A stretch of DNA of 64,000 bases from a virus, in the IMG/VR virus record IMGVR_UViG_3300012953_000013, positions 96,001-160,000 of that record; one strand, 5' to 3'. Both the position numbers and the translations under genes were made by a program. Within the stretch, counting starts at the first letter, position 1. Every line of letters starts with the position of its first letter. This document shows positions 8,779 through 17,680 of this stretch, one piece after another. The notes beneath the pieces were generated by a model, which saw only the letters and a program-made list of their open reading frames with translations, was not told the origin of the DNA and ran no database searches.

Positions 8779-9219
8779 CTAAATAGATTCTCCTTTGACC
8801 CTTAGGTCCACTAAATAACTATAATAATAATTTAAAGCGTGATCTGTCGGGGTCACATTTTCCCAATCACCTTTACAAAAAATATGCCAAGCATCATCTG
8901 CATACTTTCCGCAGCCATATAAGTCTTTGGCAGTTTTCCAGTCAGCGCTAAGATAATCTTTCGAAAATTTCATTAAAGTTTTTGCTCTCTTATTAGAAAG
9001 ACCAAGTGGTTTCAAAATATCTCTTAAGTCTTCTTCATCAGCTAAAACCATAAAATCTGGCTCTGGATACTTTTTAAAAAGTGTTGGAAGAATTTTTCTA
9101 ACCTGCTTATGAGTTGTTAGATTCAATAAAATACAGCAAACGAGTATCTTCCACTCATCTCCAAAGTATGGCTCTTGGACAAGATTCATTGGAGACTGTG
9201 GTGGATTCCAGTTTTGCAT
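8779..9219 (-). CDS. MBD4-like HhH DNA glycosylase (G:T/G:U mismatch)
   Basis: WNPPQSPMNLVQE, WKILVCCILLNLT, LKPLGL..KRAKTL, HhH LYGCGKYADD, PTDHALNYY; likely start is ATG 9219. Confidence 0.85.
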   Translation of the reverse strand: MQNWNPPQSPMNLVQEPYFGDEWKILVCCILLNLTTHKQVRKILPTLFKKYPEPDFMVLADEEDLRDILKPLGLSNKRAKTLMKFSKDYLSADWKTAKDLYGCGKYADDAWHIFCKGDWENVTPTDHALNYYYSYLVDLRVKGESI

Positions 9220-9251
9220 GAATAAAATATAATCGGCAAAACTGGAATTTA

Positions 9252-9914
9252 TCAAAGTTTTTCAAACTTATATCCAAATGTCTCTATTTCCCAAGCACAA
9301 ATTCTTTCAATATACTCACTAGTTTCGTAGTCATAATTTTTCAAATAGTCTTTTCCAAAACCATGCTTATTCTTATGAAATACTTTGTTAAAAGAGTGGT
9401 CTAAATTGAGTTCTTCACAAGCCCTGTTTAAATCTTCTTTCATATATTCCATTCTACCAACAAAGTCTACCAATATATTTCCGTCTAAATCTGAAATGTA
9501 AGTAAGTGCAGACAAGGGGTTTCTTTTTCCAGCAGTAGGACAATCTATTAAATGATTACAAACTTTTCTAGATTCCAGCAACCATTTTTTAAAATCTTTA
9601 ATTTTGTGGCACTTTTGCCTTTCAAGCGACCATTTCCATTGACAGAACGCTCTTTGCCACGGGTTTCTAACCCATGCAATTTTATGCCAATCTTCCCAAA
9701 TATCTTTGCCAACTTTATTTTTCACATATAAAGCAGTCGCGTGCTTTTGATACCTGTGGATTTTTATTTTATAGAAATGATTATAAGCAGTTGATCCGCC
9801 AGCTTTTGGAATATGGATAAAGACGCCTTTTGCGTCTTTTGGAATGCCGCGGTCTTCCATGGTGTGCTTAGCTATGGTAAGATTGCCAGTTTTTTTATTT
9901 CGTCTTCTTGGCAA
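9252..9914 (-). CDS. sulfotransferase family protein
   Basis: 5'-PSB FIHIPKAGGST, 3'-PB WVRNPWQR, DFVGRME; TTG start with SD AAGGAGGT. Confidence 0.85.
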   Translation of the reverse strand: MPRRRNKKTGNLTIAKHTMEDRGIPKDAKGVFIHIPKAGGSTAYNHFYKIKIHRYQKHATALYVKNKVGKDIWEDWHKIAWVRNPWQRAFCQWKWSLERQKCHKIKDFKKWLLESRKVCNHLIDCPTAGKRNPLSALTYISDLDGNILVDFVGRMEYMKEDLNRACEELNLDHSFNKVFHKNKHGFGKDYLKNYDYETSEYIERICAWEIETFGYKFEKL

Positions 9915-9940
9915 AATTTCACCTCCTTAAACTAAAGAGG

Positions 9941-10267
9941 CTACATGAACTTCATCGCCCAAGCAAAGAAAGCCATTCCAAACTGAACTACAGCAAATAT
10001 TGTTATAGCCTTAGTTTTGAACAGCTTAAGGTCTTCAACTTCTTTTACCATTGTTTGTAATTGCGTCGGAGAAGCAACTTCATCGACTTTTTCTTTCCAA
10101 GCTCTAAGCTCGTCAACTCGGTCTTCTCTTTCTCTCATTCTTGCAATTTCTTGCTTGAGTTCTTGAATTTCTGAATTTAAAGATTGTATACTTGCAGCCA
10201 AAGTTTCGAGTTCTTTAAGCACTAGTCGTGAATACTCGCTCCAGCCGTTGTTGGCATCATCACTCAT
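9941..10267 (-). CDS. coiled-coil protein with C-terminal TM helix (holin-like candidate)
   Basis: Heptad-rich middle, C-terminal AITIFAVVQFGMAFFAWAM; ATG 10267 follows SD GGAG. Confidence 0.55.
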   Translation of the reverse strand: MSDDANNGWSEYSRLVLKELETLAASIQSLNSEIQELKQEIARMREREDRVDELRAWKEKVDEVASPTQLQTMVKEVEDLKLFKTKAITIFAVVQFGMAFFAWAMKFM

Positions 10268-10505
10268 CACATTTCTCCAGGTCTTTTTCGCGATCTGGAT
10301 CAATCAAAACAAGTAAAGAGTCTATTTTATTCACTATGTTTTCTCGACTAACACCTGGATCACTAGCATATGTTTTCAAAACTTTCAACTCGTCAACTAT
10401 AGCATCTTTAATCGCGAAAGCATTCTTCCATTGAGTTTGTTTATTGCATAATTCTTCACGTAATTTACGCAATTTCTGTATAGAAGTTTTTGTTTCACAA
10501 TCCAT
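10260..10505 (-). CDS. hypothetical protein
   Basis: ORF track 93 aa; ATG 10505 (MDCETK) is the more plausible start. Confidence 0.55.
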   Translation of the reverse strand: MDCETKTSIQKLRKLREELCNKQTQWKNAFAIKDAIVDELKVLKTYASDPGVSRENIVNKIDSLLVLIDPDREKDLEKCDE

Positions 10506-10569
10506 AAAAAAAGCCCGAACAATTCCAACGTTAATAAGCAACGCTTACTATTACATATTACATTCGGCT

Positions 10570-10815
10570 CTAATTATTCGGTAAAATCCATTCGTTTCTA
10601 GAGCTTAAACCTTGAGAGAAACACTCACATTCCCTGCTGGTGGCTGACTTCATTCCGGAACCGTAAGCTTGGCAAGATTGTCGGCATTTTTCAATAATAC
10701 TTTCATCGACGCCGCAAGAATTAATTCCAAAACAGAGAACTATGGTTACGCAAACATAAAAAATAGATTTTATAGCTAAATTAGATAATGAATCAATTTT
10801 GGGGTTTTCCGACAT
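10570..10815 (-). CDS. small Cys-rich predicted lipoprotein/secreted protein
   Basis: Hydrophobic N-terminal segment ending INSC (lipobox-like), followed by four further Cys. Confidence 0.55.
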   Translation of the reverse strand: MSENPKIDSLSNLAIKSIFYVCVTIVLCFGINSCGVDESIIEKCRQSCQAYGSGMKSATSRECECFSQGLSSRNEWILPNN

Positions 10816-10951
10816 CTTGGTCTTCCCTCAGCTCTTCTTCGCTATAGACTATCATTTTTTTAAACTTATTAGTTTCCGGATCCCAAACTAGTCTCCACCT
10901 AATTAGATCTTCAATCTCACGAAGAAAAGATTTGATTTTTTCTCTGCTCAT
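10793..10951 (-). CDS. small hypothetical protein (52 aa, below the ORF-track cutoff)
   Basis: Manual translation MSREKIKSFLREIEDLIRWRLVWDPETNKFKKMIVYSEEELREDQDVGKPQN; fills the gap with overlaps on both sides. Confidence 0.55.
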   Translation of the reverse strand: MSREKIKSFLREIEDLIRWRLVWDPETNKFKKMIVYSEEELREDQDVGKPQN

Positions 10952-11178
10952 AATCTACTCTCAGCAGATTCCCATATTAGCGTCCACCACTCTCTATACA
11001 TTGATTTCATGTCTGACCAAAAAGTGCCGACAAATATACCAAATAAAAAATAAGGAAAAATTGTCGGCAAGCCGAAAAATTCTGTGGCTGTTTCTAGGAA
11101 AAAATAGAAAAAAGTAAAAGCAAATAGCGGAATCAAAGCAACTAAAAAAGCAAAAAAAGTAACTAAAAAATTCCTCAT
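10948..11178 (-). CDS. small two-TM membrane protein (holin candidate)
   Basis: Two hydrophobic Phe-rich helices and a charged C-terminus. Confidence 0.55.
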   Translation of the reverse strand: MRNFLVTFFAFLVALIPLFAFTFFYFFLETATEFFGLPTIFPYFLFGIFVGTFWSDMKSMYREWWTLIWESAESRL

Positions 11179-11888
11179 CAGCTTCTTCTTGTTTCTTGAT
11201 ATGCTTTAACTGTTACCGGCCAAAGATTCGCCGCCATGTCCAAGCAGGCTTCTGCGACTTTTTGGATTTCCCATTGTGCTCCCACATGCGTTCGTAAGTC
11301 AACGAACTTGAGCAAATTATTAAGATTGGTAGTTCCATAATATTCCGTATACATGTTTTGAGGTAGTACACCTCGAGCTTGTTCTCTACAGACACCCATT
11401 TTAATAAGGTTTTCATATAAGTTAAGAGAATTATTATTATGTTCTTTAATTACAGTAGAAGCTGTTTTTCCGTATTCAGTATCGCTTAAGTCTGGAATTA
11501 TTACAGGGTCAATTAGATTATCTACGTTCGAAGCTTGTCGATTACTTTTATGCTGAGTTCTAAAAGAGTCCGGCTGGTAAAACTTGATATCGATATCAGT
11601 GTACCTCCTAGAGATCTCATTGTAGGACCAAGTGCGATGACGATGGTGCTGGCTACGCACAAAAATAGGAACACAAAAACGAAAGGTAACCAGGTTGTGT
11701 TCAAGTGTACTAGTATGTCTGTGTTCAATAAGGTATCTGATAAGCTTTTCATCTCTCTCGTCCATAGTCATTTTTTGCTTACCGAAAGAAACTCTCGCGC
11801 TGTTAACTACGCTTAGGTCAGAACCCATATGCTCAACGTACTCAACTGCGCCTATTCCGTCACCATAAAGCTCAATTCTTTTATTCAT
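11178..11888 (-). CDS. thyX: flavin-dependent thymidylate synthase
   Basis: SARVSF, HTSTLEH, RHRTWSYNEISRRY (ThyX motif), EQARGVLP, AQWEI; ATGA overlap with the endolysin stop. Confidence 0.96.
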   Translation of the reverse strand: MNKRIELYGDGIGAVEYVEHMGSDLSVVNSARVSFGKQKMTMDERDEKLIRYLIEHRHTSTLEHNLVTFRFCVPIFVRSQHHRHRTWSYNEISRRYTDIDIKFYQPDSFRTQHKSNRQASNVDNLIDPVIIPDLSDTEYGKTASTVIKEHNNNSLNLYENLIKMGVCREQARGVLPQNMYTEYYGTTNLNNLLKFVDLRTHVGAQWEIQKVAEACLDMAANLWPVTVKAYQETRRS

Positions 11889-12793
11889 TTGTCCACACAA
11901 TATAATGGGTTATTTTTTAAATCTTTAAGCATTTCTTCGATGTCTAATCCTGCACAATCAATTTTTCTTTTAGTTAAGTGAAAATGAGAACAAAAACCCT
12001 TAAATTTATTGGATTGGCAGTCTGGATCGACAGCCCATTTAGTAGAAGGTGCTTCTAGTGGTATGCCAAGCCCCTCATGACATGCCATCCACAGGGCTTT
12101 CAGAGCTTCTTTCTGAATTGGATAAAAATCCATAAATGGATCCATTGATTTGCCATGACAAGTGGCATCAGATATTAACGGTCTTTCTCCGAAACCATTT
12201 CTAGCATACCAATTCTGATACTTTGGATAATAAGCATTAGCTATTTCAACTCCAACTGAAGAATGATTCCATTTTGATCCTCCGGCATGCCAAGCCCCGT
12301 CATTCATGTCCATTAATTGATAAATAGTCCCATCATTATCAATACAGAAATGAACTGATATGTTTCTCTTGTTTAAGACTTTTACGCATGAATCGCTAGA
12401 GAGGCAAACGTCCCAATGGTTAACAAAAAACTTTATATTTCTCTTTTTTCCAGCATAAGAGTTTCTTCCACCAGTTAAAACAAGAGCTTCAGAATCTAAA
12501 TGTGTAACTACTTTATCCCAGTTAATTGGGATTGGCTGACCCCTATAATAGATACATTCACTAGAAATCTTAATTTGATATTTTTTAATATCGGTTAAAG
12601 ACTGTCTCTCAGTGTTAATTCTTCTATAAGTTGTTGGGCCACACATCCCATCAGCAGAAAGACCGTGAGCCTTCTGAAATTCTTTTATAGCCCTGGTTAA
12701 TTTCTTGTCAAAATCTCTGTGACCCGGAATAAACCAATCCGGTTCCCACTCCAACTTTACTGCAGAAGCTTCATTATAAAACTCTTTATCCAT
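11885..12793 (-). CDS. endolysin: peptidoglycan-binding domain plus N-acetylmuramoyl-L-alanine amidase
   Basis: AIKEFQKAHGLSADGMCGPTT (PGBD); NHWD, SVHF, WHAGG, SVGVEI, HFHL..KIDC (Amidase_2). Confidence 0.88.
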   Translation of the reverse strand: MDKEFYNEASAVKLEWEPDWFIPGHRDFDKKLTRAIKEFQKAHGLSADGMCGPTTYRRINTERQSLTDIKKYQIKISSECIYYRGQPIPINWDKVVTHLDSEALVLTGGRNSYAGKKRNIKFFVNHWDVCLSSDSCVKVLNKRNISVHFCIDNDGTIYQLMDMNDGAWHAGGSKWNHSSVGVEIANAYYPKYQNWYARNGFGERPLISDATCHGKSMDPFMDFYPIQKEALKALWMACHEGLGIPLEAPSTKWAVDPDCQSNKFKGFCSHFHLTKRKIDCAGLDIEEMLKDLKNNPLYCVDK

Positions 12794-12827
12794 TTTTGAT
12801 TGTCCAAGTTAATGGTTATAAGACATT

Positions 12828-13430
12828 CTATTCAAAATCCACTTCAACAGAAACTGAAATGTTGATTTTTGGTACTCTTAAGTGGTTAACGATACCGTGC
12901 TTTTTAGCTTCTTCAGCATCCATAAACCAATCAGCGTGTTTTTTCTGAAAGACTTTCTTCTTAAAATAATCGTCTTTCTTTCCACAGTTTCTTGCCATCA
13001 TAGTGAAAATCTTTTCATCTAGACGTTCAGCTTCTTTGACATCAGCCTTAAGCTCTTCTATCTTTCCAAATCCACCACTGCTAACATCATGTATCATAAC
13101 TGTTGCGTTTTGATCAGCAAATCTCATTCCCTCTTCACCAAAAGTAAGAAGCACTGCACCACAAGACATCGCTTTTCCTTCGACAATCGTTGCAATTGGA
13201 AGCTCTGAGTGTTTAATTGCTGATATCATCGTCATTAAAGAGTACACTTGCCCTCCATAGGAATCAATTACGACTGGAATAACTTTTTGTCCTGTATTGT
13301 GAGCTTGGGCTATTTGCTGTTGGAAATCCTTAGCGGATTTTTCATCAAATTTGTTGACTGTTATGATAACCGGATTTTTTCTTAACTCTACTTCTTTAAT
13401 CAAAGGAGATATTTCTGTAGTCCATTTCAT
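12828..13430 (-). CDS. clpP: ClpP-family protease subunit
   Basis: IDSYGGQV, KAMSCG (Ser), MIHDVS (His), DWFMDAEEAKKHGIV (Asp). Confidence 0.88.
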   Translation of the reverse strand: MKWTTEISPLIKEVELRKNPVIITVNKFDEKSAKDFQQQIAQAHNTGQKVIPVVIDSYGGQVYSLMTMISAIKHSELPIATIVEGKAMSCGAVLLTFGEEGMRFADQNATVMIHDVSSGGFGKIEELKADVKEAERLDEKIFTMMARNCGKKDDYFKKKVFQKKHADWFMDAEEAKKHGIVNHLRVPKINISVSVEVDFE

Positions 13431-13438
13431 GATTTATC

Positions 13439-13822
13439 CTATTTTTTATGTTTCTTTTTATAGTCTTCTATTGCGGCTTTAATAGCGTCTTCAGCTAAAA
13501 CCGAGCAATGAATTTTTACTGGTGGCAAACTTAAATGGTTTGCAATTTCTGAATTTTTGATTTCTTGAGCTTCTTCAAGAGTTCGACCCTTAATCCACTC
13601 TGTTACTAAAGAAGATGAAGCAATTGCAGAGCCGCAGCCAAAGGTCTTAAACTTAGCTTCTTGAATTATTCCAGCGTCATCAATCTTTATTTGAAGCTTC
13701 ATTACATCACCGCAAGCAGGTGCTCCCACTATTCCGGTACCAACGTCAGGACTTTCCTTGTTTAAAGAACCAACATTTCTCGGATTATCAAAGTGATCAT
13801 TTACTTCTTTTGAATATGCCAT
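13439..13822 (-). CDS. iscU: Fe-S cluster assembly scaffold
   Basis: NPRNVG, GAPACGDVM, FKTFGCGSAIASSS, LPPVKIHCS; all three Cys, the Asp and the LPPVK HscA-binding motif are intact. Confidence 0.97.
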   Translation of the reverse strand: MAYSKEVNDHFDNPRNVGSLNKESPDVGTGIVGAPACGDVMKLQIKIDDAGIIQEAKFKTFGCGSAIASSSLVTEWIKGRTLEEAQEIKNSEIANHLSLPPVKIHCSVLAEDAIKAAIEDYKKKHKK

Positions 13823-13830
13823 TTATCTAA

Positions 13831-16269
13831 TTATCCGCATTTTGCCATTCCGCAATTCAAGCACGTAGCACAACCTTCTTGGTATACTATATTTGGAGAT
13901 TCACAACATCCATCAAGTACACCATTACTGGCTTTAGTCCCATCAGCAATATATTTTTTCAAACACCTAGCAACAACTCTAGAAAATGAAAACATATCAG
14001 CTTCTTTATCTTTTTGAAGTTGCTCTACCAAAAACTGCAGCGGTATTTTATGTCTTAACGCCAAAGAAATAGTCCTTGTAAAAGAAGTGTGATTAGGGTT
14101 ATCAAAAACTTTCACAATATCTTTGATTACAAATTCATCTCCATTTTTTCCAATAGTCAAGTCATATTTGTTTGCCATCGTTTTTCTAGGACGTTTTCTG
14201 ATTAAACCTTGAGAGTATTTTTTTGGAATCTCAACATATTCTGAAAGTCCTCCAAAAATTTCATAAGGATATCCATCCACAACGCCCACTAGAATAGTCC
14301 AATCTTCGCCCTTAATTGTTGCTCTATGAATTTCGCAACCAACTACTTCTGGGCGCTTTTGAGCTTTTTGCAGAGCATCTCCACCTGCTTTTTCTTCTTT
14401 TTTTGTTACTAAAACCCCAGATCTAGAACCATCGACGTATATAGTTACGCCTTTCAGTCCAGCTCTCCAAGCGTCTAGATATAAATTACCAACAATTTCA
14501 GGTTTAGTTCCCTCAGGAAGATTAATCGTAGAACTGATGGAGTGGTCAATGTGATTTTGAATTGCTGATTGCACTCCTATTCTACCAGCCCAGTCGATCT
14601 TATCAGAAGTAGTGAAATAACTTGGTAATTCTTCTATTTCACATTTTCCAGAGATATTCCAGTAATTTTTAATTTCATGGTGATAAATTTCAAATTCTTG
14701 CCATTTATCTCCTAAGTCATCAGTAAAATCAACTCTAGAAGTCTTATCACTTGGATTAATTTTTTTTCTACGAGTATAGCTTAGTCGAAAAATTGGTTCG
14801 ATGCCGCTTGAGGTTTGGGCCGCAATAGAGCAAGTGCCTGTTGGTGCGTTTGTGAGAATTGAAATGTTTCTGCGGCCAACTTTAGACATTTTTAGCTTCA
14901 TATCTTCGGGAAGATTTTGAATGAAGTTGTTGTTTCTTTCTTTATCCCAATCAAAAACAGTGAATGGAGCTCTTTCTTCAGCTAAATTAACGCTTTCGCT
15001 ATAAGCGCTTACTTTAAGAGTTTCATAAATAGAATCTACAGCCTTTATTGATTCTTCAGATCCATACTCTAGACCAAGTCTACAAAGAGTGTCTCCCAAC
15101 CCAAGGGTGCCTAATCCTGTCCGCCTTCCTTTCATACAAGCATCTAAAAGATTAGTCCAGAGAATTTTTTCATCTTCTGTATCTACTTTTTCTAAGATCT
15201 TATATAGTTTCTCTATCTCTAGCTCTACTAAATCATCACTCAACCTCATAGCTTTACTCGCTACTCGACCAAATTTTTCTAAATTAAAGCTGGCTTTTTC
15301 TGTGTATGGATCATCAACAAAATTGACTAAATTAATTGCAATAAGCCTACAAGAATCATAAGGGCTTAAAGGAATTTCGCCGCATGGGTTAGTGGTTACT
15401 GTGTTAAAACCAACGTCTGCATACTCGTGTGCTGGAAGGTTGTTGACGATGGTATCCCACATCATTAATCCAGGCTCGGCTGTCTTAGTGGCGCTTTCTA
15501 CAATAAGATTCCAGAGAGATTTAGCTTCAATCACTTTTGTTGAAGTTGGATTGGGCGAATCAACCGGAAACTTTAAAGTAAAAGTTTCACCATTTTCAAC
15601 CGCTCGCATAAACTCATCGCTTATTTTCACCGAAACATTAGCCCCGGTTACTTTTGAGAGATCATGCTTCATCGTCACAAAATTTTCGATATCTGGATGA
15701 CGAACATCCATTGTTATCATAAGAGCACCACGACGACCATTCTGGCCTATCATTCGGCAAACATACGAATAAAAATCTGCAAAAGACCAAGCACCCGTAG
15801 TACTGCCAGCGCTATTAGAAACTGCAGTGTGTTCAGGTCTAAGTGTGGATATATCTACCCCAACACCGCAACGCCTCTTAAAGAGATTCGCGAGATCTTT
15901 CCCGCGGTTCATTATGGAACTAACATCATCTGTTGGAGAATCCACAACTACGCAATTAGAAAGACTTACAACAGCATGCTCATTTCCAATACCATACATT
16001 GGAGAACCTTGGGGGATTATATATTTGAAATCCTTGAGCAGTTCGTAAATTTCTTCTTCGCTTAAAGCGTTTTTCTGAAACTTGGATTCAATTCTTGCGA
16101 ATTCTGAAGCAAGCCTCTTATGCATATCATCTGGGGTTTTTTCTAAAAAATTATTCTCTTTGTCTTTTAGCAAATACTTTCCAACGACTGCAGAAGCAGC
16201 TAAATCATCTTCTTTAAAATAATTTTTAGTTTCTTTTAAAACTTCATCGTAAGACCATGTCATCGCCAT
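13831..16269 (-). CDS. nrdJ: class II (adenosylcobalamin-dependent) ribonucleotide reductase
   Basis: LSNCVV, RRGALM, TNPCGEI, RRTGLG, APTGT, YVDGSR and a C-terminal Cys-rich tail; no ATP cone; no nrdB nearby. Confidence 0.9.
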   Translation of the reverse strand: MAMTWSYDEVLKETKNYFKEDDLAASAVVGKYLLKDKENNFLEKTPDDMHKRLASEFARIESKFQKNALSEEEIYELLKDFKYIIPQGSPMYGIGNEHAVVSLSNCVVVDSPTDDVSSIMNRGKDLANLFKRRCGVGVDISTLRPEHTAVSNSAGSTTGAWSFADFYSYVCRMIGQNGRRGALMITMDVRHPDIENFVTMKHDLSKVTGANVSVKISDEFMRAVENGETFTLKFPVDSPNPTSTKVIEAKSLWNLIVESATKTAEPGLMMWDTIVNNLPAHEYADVGFNTVTTNPCGEIPLSPYDSCRLIAINLVNFVDDPYTEKASFNLEKFGRVASKAMRLSDDLVELEIEKLYKILEKVDTEDEKILWTNLLDACMKGRRTGLGTLGLGDTLCRLGLEYGSEESIKAVDSIYETLKVSAYSESVNLAEERAPFTVFDWDKERNNNFIQNLPEDMKLKMSKVGRRNISILTNAPTGTCSIAAQTSSGIEPIFRLSYTRRKKINPSDKTSRVDFTDDLGDKWQEFEIYHHEIKNYWNISGKCEIEELPSYFTTSDKIDWAGRIGVQSAIQNHIDHSISSTINLPEGTKPEIVGNLYLDAWRAGLKGVTIYVDGSRSGVLVTKKEEKAGGDALQKAQKRPEVVGCEIHRATIKGEDWTILVGVVDGYPYEIFGGLSEYVEIPKKYSQGLIRKRPRKTMANKYDLTIGKNGDEFVIKDIVKVFDNPNHTSFTRTISLALRHKIPLQFLVEQLQKDKEADMFSFSRVVARCLKKYIADGTKASNGVLDGCCESPNIVYQEGCATCLNCGMAKCG

Positions 16270-17670
16270 CTATAACCCCCTTACATCTTTCCACTTTTCT
16301 CTCAGTTTTGACTTCATGTCATTTTCATCTTCTCTAAGTGCTTCGTTAAGAGTCAAGTGGTCTTCGTCTAATATATCAAATCTAGAACGGGCTGTATCTA
16401 TGGAAATAGGGAACAATAACCCGTCTCTACCAGCCCTATTTTTTGCTATATAAAGTCTTCCAGTCCCGCCAGCTTTTTCTGTCGCTTTTCTAGAAATAGA
16501 AACTACAACATCTGCCACCATGGCTTTACCATAAGCCTCTGACATATTTTCTAGACCCACAATATCTGAATTTGCAGAATCTCTATTGGCTTGACTTGCT
16601 GTCCAAATAGGAATATTCAACTCCATTGCTAAATTTCTTAATTCTTCATAAACCAGCTTCAATTCATGTCTTAATGAATCAAAAGATCTAGTACTTCTCA
16701 TAATATCCGCATAATCCACAATGATTACATGCGGCTTAAAATCTTTCAAAAGTAATTTATCTAAGTGGTTTTTTATAGTAACAATGCTAGCAGAACCAGT
16801 TGGATATTCTTTAATGAAAAGTCGGCCCATATTCTTGTCTTCATAGAAGTCTTTGACTTCTTTCTTTCGCTTCACAATTTCGTTGCTTGGGATGTCTGTC
16901 AAACAAGAATCATATCGGATACCGACATTTTCTTCTGAAAGCTCAAAGGTATAGTGGACTACATTTCTACCAGCTTTCATAGCATTAACGCCCATTTGAA
17001 CTAGCCAGTGAGATTTTCCAACGCCAGTATTAGCTGTTACAACTCCGATTTCTCCTTTTCCAAGCCCGCCTCTAAAAATATCATGAGAGTCTAATCTCGG
17101 AATACCGGTTGGAACAACAACACGGGTTGACTTTTTAAATCTGGCGTCCATATCTTCAAAGAAATCATGGCCAGTAGTATTGGACATCCCCATACCGACC
17201 GCTTTCTTCATCAGCCCAACTACAGATTCAAATTTTTCTGTTGCAATAAGTTCTACAGACTGCTCTAGAGCTTCTTTAAAGGCTTGAGTTTTGCAAAAAT
17301 CCAAAGACTTTTCTTTTACGTAGTGTTGGTCACCAAGATCTGGATTTGACTTAAGCCTATGCAGAAACTCTACAACTTGCTCTCGAAGTAAGATAGTTGA
17401 ATCGTCTGTTAGGTCATCTCTAACGATAGAGACCAAAAGCTTTAAACTAGGGAATGAACTATATTTTTGCCTATATGAGAAGTATTTTTCAGTCAAATAC
17501 TGTAAATACTTGAGCTCAAAAAAATCCGGGTGCATAACTTCAATCATTTGCGCCGCAAAGCGATTATCTGAAATTAAAGCTTGAAAGATTTTCTCTTGAA
17601 AATGCTTTCCATATTGTCCAAACCATGCTTGACCTGACTTAGGCGCAAGCTCATAGGCTGCTTCTGCCAT
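16270..17670 (-). CDS. DnaB/gp41-type replicative helicase
   Basis: Walker A ANTGVGKS, FELSEE, IIVDYAD, TASQANR, KNRAG. Confidence 0.92.
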   Translation of the reverse strand: MAEAAYELAPKSGQAWFGQYGKHFQEKIFQALISDNRFAAQMIEVMHPDFFELKYLQYLTEKYFSYRQKYSSFPSLKLLVSIVRDDLTDDSTILLREQVVEFLHRLKSNPDLGDQHYVKEKSLDFCKTQAFKEALEQSVELIATEKFESVVGLMKKAVGMGMSNTTGHDFFEDMDARFKKSTRVVVPTGIPRLDSHDIFRGGLGKGEIGVVTANTGVGKSHWLVQMGVNAMKAGRNVVHYTFELSEENVGIRYDSCLTDIPSNEIVKRKKEVKDFYEDKNMGRLFIKEYPTGSASIVTIKNHLDKLLLKDFKPHVIIVDYADIMRSTRSFDSLRHELKLVYEELRNLAMELNIPIWTASQANRDSANSDIVGLENMSEAYGKAMVADVVVSISRKATEKAGGTGRLYIAKNRAGRDGLLFPISIDTARSRFDILDEDHLTLNEALREDENDMKSKLREKWKDVRGL

Positions 17671-17680
17671 TTCCTTCTCC

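Noticed and set aside
13831-16269. Inteins or group I introns in nrdJ (also checked dnaE, helicase, recA, terL)
   Set aside because: Lengths and motif spacing are normal; no HN-C/S/T junction or LAGLIDADG/HNH seen.
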